NCBI GenBank assembly: GCA_032718475.1
Contig: JAUCBJ010001461.1
Coordinates: 1-56,891, forward strand
Source: Nemertoderma westbladi
Taxonomy: Eukaryota; Animalia; Xenacoelomorpha
Reading direction: 5' to 3'
Length of the DNA: 56,891 nt
Shown here: positions 1 through 14,200 of the stretch, one piece after another
Layout of the letters: each line of letters opens with the position of its first letter
Numbering within the stretch: the first letter of the stretch is position 1
The notes under the pieces: generated by a model
What the model was told of the DNA's origin: nothing
The model's database searches: none
The model's input: the letters and a program-made list of their open reading frames with translations, nothing else
Translations under genes and position numbers: made by a program

Positions 1-1398
1 CGGTACCTGTAGAATTAGCACTCTCATTGAGTCGTGAGATGTCGTCGTCATGGTACATCTATTTCGGTCAGCTTGTTGACACCAGCATTACTCAATCGTC
101 GCGCTTCATCTAAGGTTGAATATTTGGCTCTATTAGCCATTACTAATACAGTAGTACAGTAGTACTGCACTAAGTTCAGAAGCTAGGAGAGCAGTAGGCA
201 GGTAGGCCATACAGGCAGGATCTATAGCAGGATCTATAGGGAGGATCACAGAACTATACTCCCCAGAGGAAACTCAAATACTCATTTAGCTACCATTTAA
301 GGATGCAAGGCAGATATGCGCCTAGACCCTAGACGCTTAGACCCTTCAAAGCGTTCGTGCCGAAACAAAAACTGCCCTGGTCTGTTATTGTTAACATGCC
401 CTGTTAATATGTGATTATCATATATGTTCTACTTGTATACCTTACGCGAAACTTTTCGTGGATATCTGTTGTCTTTGTACTTCGGTAGGTTCGAACTTCA
501 TCCATAGAAAACTGTAGTAATTTTTAAGAGTGGCCCATTTACTACAGACATATATATGAAGTGTAAATCACGCAGGGCCGTTCATAATGCAACGCCAATG
601 GATTCTAGATTAGCATACTCAAATTAATTAGCATTACGATAACATTACATTACGATTATGATTATTGATTGACAACAACGACATTTATTAATATCCATTA
701 TTTAAAAAACAAATTACAAATAAAACAAACCAAATAAAATAGAAGCACAAAATAACTAATAATGAACTAATAAAATATAATGAACTATTTAAAAAAAATA
801 TAAACACTAACAAAATATTGAATGGCATTGGGTGCAAGCATAAAAATAAACACTCTGTCTACTTTATATTGTATGTAAACATTGTTTACTTTATAAGATA
901 CAAAAGATATCAAAAATTTACTTTATCGAAATTATAAACACTAATATTATGTAAACATTGTCTAATTGATAAGATATAAAGGATAGCGCAGTAGGGAACG
1001 TTGGACAACCATAAAGAACAAATTACTTTAACTGTTGTATTTACTGTTATAACATAAAAATTTAAGTAATATAAGAATTCGGGGTAAAAAGCAACAATAA
1101 AATATGGTTAGTACAAATGTAGTTAAAATAAAAGTACAAAGGTTATTGGTCAACTAACTGGTTTATTTTCAGTTACAAAATTTGTCGTGGCCTATTTGCA
1201 ACAGAGATATATTTGAGGTGTAGAAGTCAAATTTTGCAATCTGCTTTGTGTGCATATATTTGAACTCACTCAGCAGTTTGAAATGTAATATAAATTTTCA
1301 ATCTCTTATTTAATTGACGCATTCTATGACGGATTCTAAAAATAACCTACAACAATTTTACTATGACAATATATTGTACAAACGAAACACCGCGGGTC

Positions 1399-2303
1399 AA
1401 CATCTGTTCCACACTAACATCTGTTCCACACTAACATCTGTTCCACACTAACATATGTTCCACACTAACATCTGTTCCACACTAACATCTGTTCCACACT
1501 AACATCTGTTCCACACTAACATCTGTTCCACACTAACATCTTTTCCACACTAACATCTGTTCCACACTAACATCTGTTCCACACTAACATCTGTTCCACA
1601 CTAACATCTGTTCCACACTAACATCTGTTCCACACTAACATCTGTTCCACACTAACATCTGTTCCACACTAACATCGGTTCCACACTAACATCTGTTCCA
1701 CACTAACATCTGTTCCACACTAACATCTGTTCCACACTAACATCTGTTCCACACTAACATCTGTTCCACACTAACATCTGTTCCACACTAACATCTGTTC
1801 CACAATAACATCTGTTCCACACTAACATCTGTTCCACACTAACATCTGTTCCACACTAACATCTGTTCCACACTAACATCTGTTCCACACTAACATCTGT
1901 TCCACACTAACATCCGTTCCACACTAACATCTGTTCCACACTAACATCTGTTCCACACTAACATCTGTTCCACACTAACATCTGTTCCACACTAACATCT
2001 GTTCCACACTAACATCTGTTCCACACTAACATCTGTTCCACACTAACATCTGTTCCACACTAACATCTGTTCCACACTAACATCTGTTCCACACTAACAT
2101 ATGTTCCACACTAACATCTGTTCCACACTAACATCTGTTCCACACTAACATCTGTTCCACACTAACATCTGTTCCACACTAACATCTGTTCCACACTAAC
2201 ATCTGTTCCACACTAACATCTGTTCCACACTAACATCTGTTCCACACTAACATCTGTTCCACACTAACATCTGTTCCACACTAACATCTGTTCCACACTA
2301 ACA
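1399..2303. repeat. 17-bp tandem minisatellite (AACATCTGTTCCACACT)n, about 53 copies
   Basis: Near-perfect head-to-tail copies read directly; only a handful of substitutions. Confidence 0.97.
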
Positions 2304-2465
2304 GTTTTGCGTCTCGTGTAATAAACTTGTCAAGGCTTTCGGCGTCCTTACCCCCTCAAAAAACGTAAAAAATATCTTAGATATTTCATTCATTATCATT
2401 ATCTTCATTAACATTCAAATTTCCCGCCAACACTAATAATTTGACACATTCTTCACTCTGTCACC

Positions 2466-2500
2466 TATAAATACTGGACGTACTGCTATTTCATTCATTC
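2466..2500 (+). promoter_or_regulatory. TATA box followed by initiator-like TCATTC repeats (possible LTR/TE promoter remnant)
   Basis: TATAAATA at ~2466 with TTCATTCATTC about 25 nt downstream; AATAAA motifs at ~2755-2782. No partner LTR or ORF seen. Confidence 0.25.
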
Positions 2501-3620
2501 ATTCTGATGAATAGAATCTCACGGACATCAGACTTTCTGCTCTGTGTCCACCAGCTACTGACTGCATCTGTCAGTAGCTACTTTATCCTTTATCTGTTTC
2601 TAGCAGTCTCTTAGACACCCGTCTATGCGCCTGTATAAACGCCAGTATTTCTTTTGAACTGTGCGTGTGCGTTCCATTTTCATCACTACACTGCATGATT
2701 ATTGTCATCCCTTTTTGGCTCATATCGCATTTAGTGACATGCCTGATTTAGGAAATAAATAAACTGAAGGTTTTATAATAAAGAATATTTATTTTAAAGG
2801 CCATTGGCAATTAACGTTTACATGCTCAGGTGATGAAATTACGCCAAGCGCGCCAGCACGGTAGAATACGGGCTGACGGGCGTTAGTATTACAGCCGCCA
2901 AATGAAGGTTTTACCGGCAAAGCCTCATAAAATAACCAAAAGCGACCCAAACCGCTTTCCCACTGTTTAGCCGGGACAAAACTTATGGAATATGTTGGAT
3001 GAGAATGTTGTTTAATGCTCGAGATTTTCATGGTAATCCTTATGTAAACTTATTTAAAAATCGTCTTGATTGTGCCATGAAGTCCAAAATGAATATTTTT
3101 AGTGATATACCAGTTAGACAAGTTGCCACTGCCCAGTTTACATTCCGTCGGTATTTATATTAAATTTTACTTTTGTATCATTGTAATTTCAATTTTTACT
3201 TAATTAAATATCAGGTTCTTTGTTTTTAATATTTTCATATGAAGTGCACAGTATTTTTTATTATTTTTATTATTATTTATTTGTTTTTTTATATCATTGC
3301 ATACATCGAAGTTTTTGCTGTATCGTTCTTAAAAGAAAAATGTTAATCATAACGAGCCAACTAAATTGTTGAATGTTTATTTTTTATTGCAATATGTAAA
3401 ATTATCAACATTGTGGTTTTTACTTACAATCTACGTCGTATAATTTTGAACCCCACTATCTGATTATTGTTTAAAGTACTTCGGTTTCTACCTACGAAAT
3501 TGTTTTATACTTAATGCAATATATTAGAATTACTGGCAATATTACAATACTTAATTAGGCCTAACTGCCTAATGTAGTTAATAATAAATAAATTAATCGC
3601 TGTGTTACTGGTGCCTGAAA

Positions 3621-6354
3621 TAATGGGACTACCCGTCCAGGTACCAGCTCGTAGAGTACATTATGTGCATGGGTAATGGGACTACCCGTCCAGGTACCAG
3701 CTCGTAGAGTACATTATGTGCATGGGTAATGGGACTACCCGTCCAGGTACCAGCTACACGTAGAGTACATTATGTGCATGGGTAATGGGACTACCCGTCC
3801 AGGTACCAGCTACACGTAGAGTACATTATGTGCATGGGTAATGGGACTACCCGTCCAGGTACCAGCTACACGTAGGGTACATTATGTGCATGGGTAATGG
3901 GACTACCCGTCCAGGTACCAGCTCGTAGAGTACATTATGTGCATGGGTAATGGGACTACCCGTCCAGGTACAAGCTACACGTAGAGTACATTATGTGCAT
4001 GGGTAATGGGACTACCCGTCCAGGTACCAGCTACACGTAGAGTACATTATGTGCATGGGTAATGGGACTACCCGTCCAGGTACCAGCTACACGTAGAGTA
4101 CATTATGTGCATGGGTAATGGGACTACCCGTCCAGGTACCAGCTACACGTAGAGTACATTATGTGCATGGGTAATGGGACTACCCGTCCAGGTACCAGCT
4201 CGTAGAGTACATTATGTGCATGGGTAATGGGACTACCCGTCCAGGTACCAGCTCGTAGAGCACATTATGCGCATGGGTAATGGGACTACCCGTCCAGGTA
4301 CCAGCTACACGTTGAGTACATTATGTGCATGGGTAATGGGACTACCCGTCCAGGTACCAGCTCGTAGAGTACATTATGTGCATGGGTAATGGGACTACCC
4401 ATCCAGGTACCAGCTATACGTAGAGTACAGTACATTATGTGCATGGGTAGTGGGACTACCCGTCAAGGTACCAGCTACACGTAGAGTACATTATGTGCAT
4501 GGGTAATGGGACTACCCGTCCAGGTACCAGCTACACGTAGAGTACATTATGCGCATGGGTAATGGGACTACCCGTCCAGGTACCAGCTACACGTAGAGTA
4601 CATTATGTGCATGGGTAATGGGACTACCCGTCCAGGTACCAGCTACACGTAGAGTACATTATGCGCATGGGTAATGGGACTACCCGTCCAGGTACCAGCT
4701 ACACGTAGAGTACATTATGTGCATGGGTAATGGGACTACCCGTCCAGGTACCAGCTACACGTAGAGTACATTATGCGCATGGGTAATGGGACTACCCGTC
4801 CAGGTACCAGCTACACGTAGAGTACATTATGTGCATGGGTAATGGGACTACCCGTCCAGGTACCAGCTATACGTAGAGTACATTATATGCATGGGTAATG
4901 GGACTACCCGTCCAGGTACCAGCTACACGTGAGTACATTATGTGCATGGGTAATGGGACCCCCCGCCCAGGTACCAGCTATACGTAGAGTACATTATGTG
5001 CATGGGTAATGGGACTACCCGTCCAGGTACCAGCTATACGTAGAGTACATTATGTGCATGGGTAATGGGACTACCCGTCCAGGTACCAGCTCGTAGAGTA
5101 CATTATATGCATGGGTAATGGGACTACCCGTCCAGGTACCAGCTACACGTAGAGTACATTATGTGCATGGGTAATGGGACTACCCGTCCAGGTACCAGCT
5201 CGTAGAGTACATTATGTGCATGGGTAATGGGACTACCCGTCCAGGTACCAGCTCGTAGAGTACATTATGTGCATGGGTAATGGGACTACCCGTCCAGGTA
5301 CCAGCTACACGTGAGTACATTATGTGCATGGGTAATGGGACTACCCGTCCAGGTACCAGCTATACGTAGAGTACATTATGTGCATGGGTAATGGGACTAC
5401 CCGTCCAGGTACCAGCTATACGTAGAGTACAGTACATTATGTGCATGGGTAATGGGACTACCCGTCCAGGTACCAGCTACACGTAGAGTACAGTACATTA
5501 TGTGCATGGGTAATGGGACTACCCGTCCAGGTACCAGCTATACGTAGAGTACAGTACATTATGTGCATGGGTAATGGGACTACCCGTCCAGGTACCAGCT
5601 ACACGTGGAGTACATTATGCGCATGGGTAATGGGACTACCCGTCCAGGTACCAGCTACACGTAGAGTACATTATGTGCATGGGTAATGGGACTACCCGTC
5701 CAGGTACCAGCTACACGTAGAGTACATTATGCGCATGGGTAATGGGACTACCCGTCCAGGTACCAGCTACACGTAGAGTACATTATGTGCATGGGTAATG
5801 GGACTACCCGTCCAGGTACCAGCTATACGTAGAGTACATTATGTGCATGGGTAATGGGACTACCCGTCCAGGTACCAGCTACACGTGAGTACATTATGTG
5901 CATGGGTAATGGGACTACCCGCCCAGGTACCAGCTATACGTAGAGTACATTATGTGCATGGGTAATGGGACTACCCGTCCAGGTACCAGCTATACGTAGA
6001 GTACATTATGTGCATGGGTAATGGGACTACCCGTCCAGGTACCAGCTCGTAGAGTACATTATGTGCATGGGTAATGGGACTACCCGTCCAGGTACCAGCT
6101 ACACGTAGAGTACATTATGTGCATGGGTAATGGGACTACCCGTCCAGGTACCAGCTCGTAGAGTACATTATGTGCATGGGTAATGGGACTACCCGTCCAG
6201 GTACCAGCTCGTAGAGTACATTATGTGCATGGGTAATGGGACTACCCGTCCAGGTACCAGCTACACGTGAGTACATTATGTGCATGGGTAATGGGACTAC
6301 CCGTCCAGGTACCAGCTCGTAGAGTACATTATGTGCATGGGTAATGGGACTACC
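3621..6354. repeat. 53/56-bp satellite, block 1 (GGTAATGGGACTACCCGTCCAGGTACCAGCT[ACA]CGTAGAGTACATTATGTGCATG)
   Basis: Tandem copies with 53-, 55-, 56- and 61-bp variants; ends at the BEL insertion. Confidence 0.97.
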
Positions 6355-6895
6355 TGTTAGCTTATTCAATCCCGCCAACACCCCATAAAGTTATAAGCCG
6401 ATAAGCAATATTGGGAGCCACGAGATTGGGCAATTAACCAACTCGTGCCATCCCAATAAGAGTGGGAAGGAAGCACACAATAGAGGGTCAGGGGCCAAAC
6501 CCCTAACCCAGAGAGAACAGGTGGAGTGAACGGGAATACTCCACGGGGCGCCAACAAGGGTATTAACCAATCAGAGGGGGGAATGGCATCGATTGAGTAG
6601 CAGTAAGGCCACCGTGCAATATAACCAGTAACCTATTAATCAGTGATTCAGTTATCTCAGTGTAGCAGTGCTAGCGTAGGTTGGTAGTCAATTAGTTTAG
6701 TTAGGGGATCACGGGACTTTAGTTACCGTATCCCGCCTTGTACACATTATATCTATATCTATATCCTATGCCCTATTATTATTATACACCGAACTTCAGA
6801 ACTCAGTTACTTTATTTCACCCTTATACACGGCGGGGACGCGTGGACTAAATTACCACATCGGATAAATCGGGATCCCTCCTGGATCCCGTCACA
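6355..6895 (+). repeat. 5' LTR (541 bp)
   Basis: Begins TGTTAG, ends GTCACA; nearly identical to 19986-20526 (two substitutions spotted by eye). Confidence 0.96.
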
Positions 6896-6975
6896 GTAAC
6901 TAAATCCGAGCTGCCGCCCCAGTTAAACTCTAAGAACTACACTGCTAGCTAGCCGAACTCCACCGACCAGACGAG

Positions 6976-9900
6976 ATGAGTGAATCGGGCGAGACACCGA
7001 CGCGGACCCCGGACGAAGATCAAACGATCCGCGAGGCCGCGACCAAGCGATACAGGCCCACGACGCCGGAGCCATCGATAACGGGCGAACCGGAAGTCCA
7101 GAACGAGGAGGGTCTGGAACCCGAGGTCGAGCCAAGAGAAAGAGAGAGCGAGATGGAGGGAGATGGAGACGAGTCGACACGAGACGGAGAACGGCGCGCC
7201 GATGTCGCCGGCCAGCTACCGGCCGAGGGCGACGAGCGGCCCACCGAAACGGCGACGGTGGGGCCGACGGTGCGACGCCGGACGCGAAGAGACGGAGGAG
7301 AGATCGGTACCGATGTCGCCGGCCAGCTACAGGCCGAGGGCGACGGACGGCCCACCGGAACGGCGACGGTGGAGCCGCCTGTGCGACGTCGAACCCAGAG
7401 GGACGGGGGAGAAGTCGGCGAGGAGGACGTCGGGGTCTCTGAGCGACTTCGACGAGCCTACATCGCGGCCCGGAGGATGCTAAAGGATGCCAAAAAGGAA
7501 GGGGCGAAGGTAGACGAGGTGAGACTGAGAAAGCGACTAGGTGAGTCGGATAGACACTTTAATTATCTAATACGTTTTGGGCAGAGAGAACTAGCCGAAA
7601 CGAGAGCACATGAGATTGCCGGGGAACTGTTTGAACTATGGGAATGTGGGAGTATGGAACCTAGCGTAGCGTCAGTGTACATAGGGCCATACTTGGTCGA
7701 TGCCCGGGGAGTAAAACCGGCGGGTTGGAGGGGACTCGAAGGAGGCGAATCTGAGGTTAACCCCGAGGATTCGGCCTCGTCGGTCGGAGAAAGCTCCGGG
7801 AAGCGGGGGAAAGTTGGTAGGTCGGGAAGGCGGGGGAAGTCCGTCGTAACCGATAAGTCTGTTACATCCTCCGCGAAAGAAAGAGCGGTGAGGGAAATAG
7901 GTGCCGCATACCGTCTCAGCATGGCAGAGCAAGGTCATAGAGAAATGAAGGAACGGCTAGAGGAGGGGAGAGTGCGGTTAGAGAGGGAAGCGGCATTGCT
8001 TAAAGAAACCGGAGAGAGGGCCGAAAGGGCTTTGAAAAGCCTAAGGGAGTATGATGAGATAGAGGAAAGGGAGTGTAGGGAGCGTGAGGCGAGAGAGGAA
8101 AGGGAACGCAAGGAGCGTGAGGCAAGGGAGGAAAGGGAATGCAAGGAGCGTGAGGCAGAACGCAAGGAGCGTGAGGCAAGGGAGGAAAGGGAACGCAAGG
8201 AGTATGAAGCGAGAAGGGAAAAGGAACGCAAGGAGTATGAAGCGAGAAGGGAAAAGGAACGCAAGGAGCGCGAAGTGAGACGAAGGGAGAGCATTAAGAG
8301 TGCTGCAGAGTCGGCCATCAGGGACACCCAAGAGCGTGAGAGGAGAATGGCAGAGACTGAAAAAGAGCGCAAGGAATTAGAGAGACGGCAGAGTGAGTTT
8401 GCGGGAGATAAGATTAGACGGGCACACGAGCTGCAACTGGTGCGAGCGTCGCCATCTGAAAGCGGGGCCGGCTCGAGTATTTTTAGGGAGCCGGGGGCCG
8501 TAGATACATTTATTAATACCCCACTGACAGGGACCGCACGACAGACTCAAGACTGGTGCGACCGTACGGGCGGGGGGGGTAATAATAATAATGGTACAGT
8601 AGACGTTGTTAATATTGATAATACCGTATGGGACAACACTAATCAAACCTTTATTACAGGGAATGCTTTACATAGTGGTAGTAATTTAAATTTAAATCAG
8701 AACGCCCCTAGTATTAATGTAGGAAATAATTCTGATATTAATGTAGCTACGCAAAATAATTCAAATAATCAAAATAATAACCCAGATTCGAATCTACAAA
8801 ATAATTTAAATAACGCAATTACGCAAAATAATTCGAATAATTTAAATAATGACCTATGCCCGAATTTACAAAATAATTCAGATAACGTAGTCGTGCAGAA
8901 TAATACAAATAACTTTGTTCCAAACGAGCAAAATAATTCCGTTTCCAATATGGGTGCTATTAATGTAAACGCGTCGGGCCTGCATAACCAGGGAGCAGAG
9001 GGCCTGGTAGGCCACGTAGTTAGTAGACAGGGAGCAGAGGGCCTGGTAGGCCACGTAGTTAGTAGACAGGGAGCAGAGGGCCTGGTAGGCCACGTAGTTG
9101 GTAGGGAGGGAGTAGAGGGCCTGGTAGGCCACGCAATAGTAGAGGGAGAGGCGGGGGTGAATGGACCCGACCGCAGTAGGGTTGATGTGTCGACTAGAGA
9201 GGTATATAATAGCGGGGAGAGAGGTAGCGAAGTTAGATGTAGCGAGTGGGGGGGGGCTACGAGGACCCCACAACAGAGAGTTAGCGGCGAGAGGGGGGGG
9301 GGGGGCAGGGAGTGTCCCACAGCCGTCAGCGGATAATGCGAGGGCCGAAATAGGTAAACCGCAACGACCGGCGACGGAAAGTAATAGGGGGATCGCGAGT
9401 ATCCCCAGCGGCGTGCGACCGAGCAGAGAGAGACAGGTTGACGTCGCGAGAGGGCGGACGAAGCGTCGGGCCCGATCAGAGGAGGGAAGAAGAACAGTGG
9501 GGTTTAACCGGGAGGTCGACGAGAGATCTCGCGAGCGAGAATATTCCACTGATAGGAGAAGAAAGGAAGATAGTAGTAGAAGTATCGCCGCGAACGATAG
9601 AAGAGCGAGGACGGATAGCGAGCCGTCGATAATCGAGATGAGAACGGAGAGTCGGTGGGGTCGGACTCCGGGAGATTGCCGTCGCCCCGGAGGGACGCGA
9701 CCCGGCGAGACGCATTACACGCCGAGAGAGGGGTACACGACGTACCAGTACGAAGATGAAAACAGTAGAGAGGGGGGTCGAAGAGAAACTCTCCGACGGA
9801 ATATACCTACCGGTCGAGAATACGGTAGCCGCGGGGAGGATTATTCGAGAAGAATAAACTTCGATCCCGAGCAACACATGCAGACTGTAGGGCATACTGT

Positions 9901-11243
9901 AGGTCTTACTGCACATACCGTAGGCCATACTGAGAGAGGCAATGTAGGCGATAGGATAGCGTGGACAACGGGATTAAACCCGGAAGTCGCGGAATACATA
10001 CCGGCGGGTAGGCCAGAAGCTGATAGGCCTATACCGGTACCAGCACAGCAGTATGACTGCAGCATGCAGGGACATAACATATACCCAGGGGAGGGGGGAA
10101 TTATTGCGGATAGGTGCATGGGCCCCAACATATTAACATCAACCCCATTACCAAACATACCGGTGGGGGGGGGGGACAGGGTGACATTCCCCCATCACAA
10201 TATCAACAATATACCCCGATGGTAGCAAGAACGGCAAGACCCCTGGACGAAAACAGATCGTGTGACACAGATATATGGAGGGGGCCGCTACCCCCAATGA
10301 CATACCCAAGCCAGAGAAGGTCAAGAAATAGGACAGACGGAACGCACCAGACAGGGGAAACTATACAGCACCCGTCGAATCCATTGGAAGCGCAGGCGAT
10401 AGGGATGGCCACGTTGATCGTTGCTTTGAAAACGAGGATCGAGTTACCACCCGTGGAACCATTCAAGTTCGACGGGAGTAGGCCGGAAGAATATTTACAG
10501 TTTCGGCGAATGTATAGTAACGAAATACTAACAAAAAACTTGACGCAGGCGGAGTGCCTAAAGTATCTACAAGTATACACGGGAGGCCCAGCATACGACA
10601 TCGTGAGGCAATATCAGGGAATAGAGGGCGGCTTCACGACAGCATGGCGGGCACTGGATAGGGAATACGGGCACCCGGCCAAGATCATCAGGCAGACGCT
10701 GAGAGGCATAACATCGGGTGGCCTACAGGATAACCCCGTTAGCATCAAGACGTTTGCTAACAAAGTCGAAAAGGCGCTAATCGTGCTGAAGACGCTAGAC
10801 GCGCCGTACGAGCTCAACGCGTCCAACAACATCACCACGATAGCACAAGCACTACCAAACTGGCTGCGCAACAAGTGGAGGAAGATCGCTTTCTCCACTC
10901 GAGACAAGAAGGGTGCGGAACCAGGTTTAGAAGGTCAAACTTCTTAAATTACGAGGCTGAACTAATAACGGACCCAGTCTATAGCGAAGATAGCCTGGGA
11001 AAGGGACCAAAGACAGATCACTACAGGCCGAAACCAGAGCACAATACATCAAACGCATTGCCGAGGCTCAGGCAATCATTGCCATACGCAGCGACCCAGG
11101 GGACTGCAAGTCCACAGACAAACGAAGACAAGACTACATCATGGAACGGACAGGGGAACAATAACAACATGAATAAACATAACCCCAGTACGTCCAGTAG
11201 GCCAAACCCAGTCAACAAGAATAGACTTGGACAACTTGAATAG
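6976..11243 (+). pseudogene. gag: BEL/Pao gag region, frameshifted (ORF pieces 6976-9336, 9161-10225, 10114-10947, 10875-11243)
   Basis: Long charged coiled-coil and Asn-rich N-terminus, then a DUF1759-like capsid region (LPPVEPFKFDGSRPEEYLQFRRMY...AWRALDREYG). Two breaks overlap G13 (9293-9305) and G11 (10165-10175) runs. Confidence 0.8.
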
Positions 11244-11281
11244 ACAAGATTGGTACGAATATAACTGCGATACGCAATGCA

Positions 11282-14200
11282 TTGTATAAAGAGGGCTACG
11301 ACCCAAAGAGCAAATGCCAGTTACACGCAAATGCGCTTCATAAAACCATGAACTGCAGGTACTGGCAGGCACTACCGAGGCAAGACCAGATAGATTACGC
11401 GTCGAGCAATAAAATCTGCTCGCGATGTGTGAAGAGTGGACACAAGGCCAGGGAGTGCCAAGAGAAGCCGGTCAAGTTTGGCCAAAGGAGAGGCCAAACG
11501 ATGGCAACGAGCACGGTAGGGGCGAAGAAGAGAGGCACGGTGTTACTTGGAGTAGTACCGGTGCGAGTGATCGGGGAAGGCAATCGATCAGTAACAACAC
11601 TAATGCTGGTTGATAGTGGAGCTGCCTTCACATTAGTCGAGGAATGGGTAGCCGAAGAAATAGGATTGAGAACAAGGCCAAGCAGAATGGCGGTAACAAC
11701 CATCTCTAGCAAAGATGAGATCCTAGAGATGAGGACAGGACGGTGCGCAATTGCAGCAGTGGCACCAGGATGCGATTATGGGGCAACCATCGACCCCATC
11801 CAAGTAATAGAGTCAATTAACATCAATGCCAGGCGGCCAACCAACATCGAGGTCGAGCAATACAAATTCCTGGACGACATTGACTTCTCGATCCCAGACA
11901 TGTACGTTAGGAAGGTATCCATCATAGTAGGAATGGACTGCCCGACGGCCCACGAAAGAATGCAAACGGTCTTCGGCGAAGACAAGCAGAGTGACCCGGT
12001 GGCCATACTAACACCATTCGGGTGGACGCTGAGTGGTCCAATTAAGAGCAAGATACCATTCAGGATGTCGGAGACATCAGGATGCATGTTCGCGGGAACA
12101 ATGCAGGAAATGGGTGATGAGGGAGCAGAGGAGCAGCTTAAAAGACTGCTCAGACAAGACTTTGAGGGACTGAAAGAGACCGGGGTCGGGACCTCGGTAG
12201 AAGACAAGCAGGCTCTACAAAGCGTGGAGGAATCGATGACGTGTGATGAGGGGCGGTATACAATAGGAATGGTATGGAAACTACCGAAGATACCGCTACC
12301 CGATAATAGAGGGATGGTACTCACGAGACTCCGCAAGCTGAAACAAACACTAAAACGGAGCCCCGAGAAGAATGAGTACATCCACAGGACGATTAAGAAG
12401 TACGTCGAGAAAGGATGGGCCGTGGAGTTACCGGTCGACGAGCCGAACACGGATAGAACATATTACCTGCCACTGCACGTGGCTTTAGATCCAAAGAAAG
12501 GTAAACTAAGGATGGTAGTCGACGCATCAGCGAAGACCGACGGAAAATGCTTAAACGATTACCTGTTGGAAGGCCCAAATATTTACAATTCGGGCATAGA
12601 GGTGTTACTTAGATTTCGAAATGGGAAACACGCCTTCACGTGTGACATAGAAGGCATGTTCAACCAGGTCCGTGTAACGGAAGAAGATAGTGACAGTCAA
12701 CGCTTCTTATGGTATAACGGCGAAGAAGAACCGCCGATAATACCAGCGTATAAGATGGTAGTACAAAACATGGGGGCCAAGTCGTCCTCATTTACGACGA
12801 CTATGGCAGTGAGAGACACGGTAAAGGGCAAGGAAGATAGATACAGCAGTAGGGCCGTCGATATGATCCGACGCGGCTTCTACGTAGACGACGGTATGGA
12901 GTCTGGAAATACGGTTGAGGAGATACTGGAAACAGGGCGCGAGGTTCGCGACATCCTGAAAGGATCCGGCTTCAACCTGACCAAATTCCAATCCAGTTCA
13001 GAACAATTTATTAAGGCAATAGAGGACAAGAAACCAGAATCGACCATGGACAACCCTACAACAGCCAAAGGACAGGACATGGCGAATAAGAGAACAGAAT
13101 CTCAGCAAAAGGCATTGGGAATCGTGTGGGATAAAGGAACAGACGAACTGAAGTATCAGCTGAGCCAGGAGGGCGCAGACACCCATACGAAGAGGGGTTA
13201 TGTATCGTATATAGCAAGGATATACGATCCCCTAGGCCTAGCATCCCCATTACTAGTCACGGGGAAACAGATACTCAAGAGAGTATATAAATTGAAGGAT
13301 GAGTGGGACGTAGAGGTACCAGAGGACATCAAGAAACAGTGGAGCAAATGGACAGGAGACTTGGAGAGGATGGGAACATACAACATGCCGCGAGTGTATT
13401 TTCCGGATGGGAACATGACGAATCTGGACCTACATATGTTCTCCGACGCGTCGTTAGAGGCATACGGAGCGGCACTCTATTTAGTACAACGAGAGGGGGC
13501 TCACAAGCCCAGACTAGCCTTTAGCAAAGCTAAGTCAATGCCGCCAGATTCAGCATCTGTTCCCAAGTTAGAATTGACAGCTGCGAGACTAGGAGTTAGA
13601 GCCACAGCCTACCTAGTGGATACTATTCCCAACATAGTGGAGACACACTACTGGACGGACTCCATGGTATTGCTTGGTTGGCTACACAACGAAAGGACGA
13701 GATACCCGATATTCGTCGCAAATAGAGTGGACGAAATAAGAGCAACCACAGAACTAGAAAGGTGGCACTACTGCCCAACAGATGAGAACCCAGCGGACTT
13801 GCTGTCGAGGGGCGTGGAACGCCACACTTTCTTAAAGAAGGAAGTATTGTGGCAACATGGGCCACAATTTCTGAGCGTTAAAGAGGCCTGGCCGCCAATG
13901 AGAAAGGTGGAGCCGGGCTCAGAAGTGGTGTCAGAGGGAGAAGAGAGAGACTCAGAGGGAGAAGAGATATACTCCCAGATGGTGAGGGAGATTAGGGACG
14001 TGCAACCAAAGCAAGAACTACGCGATAACCCGACGGACAAACTCCTCAGCTACAGTTCTAGTTGGTACAAGACCAAGAAATTAGTGGCGTACTGGAGAGC
14101 TTACGGGAATTTCCTCGCGGGAGTTAATAAGGAGAAGAAAACCAGGGAAACCATAGATCTGGAAGGAGCGGCCAAGGCAATAATCCGCTATGAACAACGA

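Noticed and set aside
48-140. Short minus-strand ORF MANRAKYSTLDEARRLSNAGVNKLTEIDVP
   Set aside because: 30 aa, no recognisable motif; may be a decayed TE 5' end but unsupported.
2503-2532. Hammerhead ribozyme (CTGATGA)
   Set aside because: No properly placed GAAA core; only a simple TCTGATG/CATCAGA inverted repeat.
3621-6354. DM binding sites in the 56-bp satellite (GCTACACGTAG, ACATTATGT)
   Set aside because: Half-site spacing does not fit the 13-bp DM consensus.
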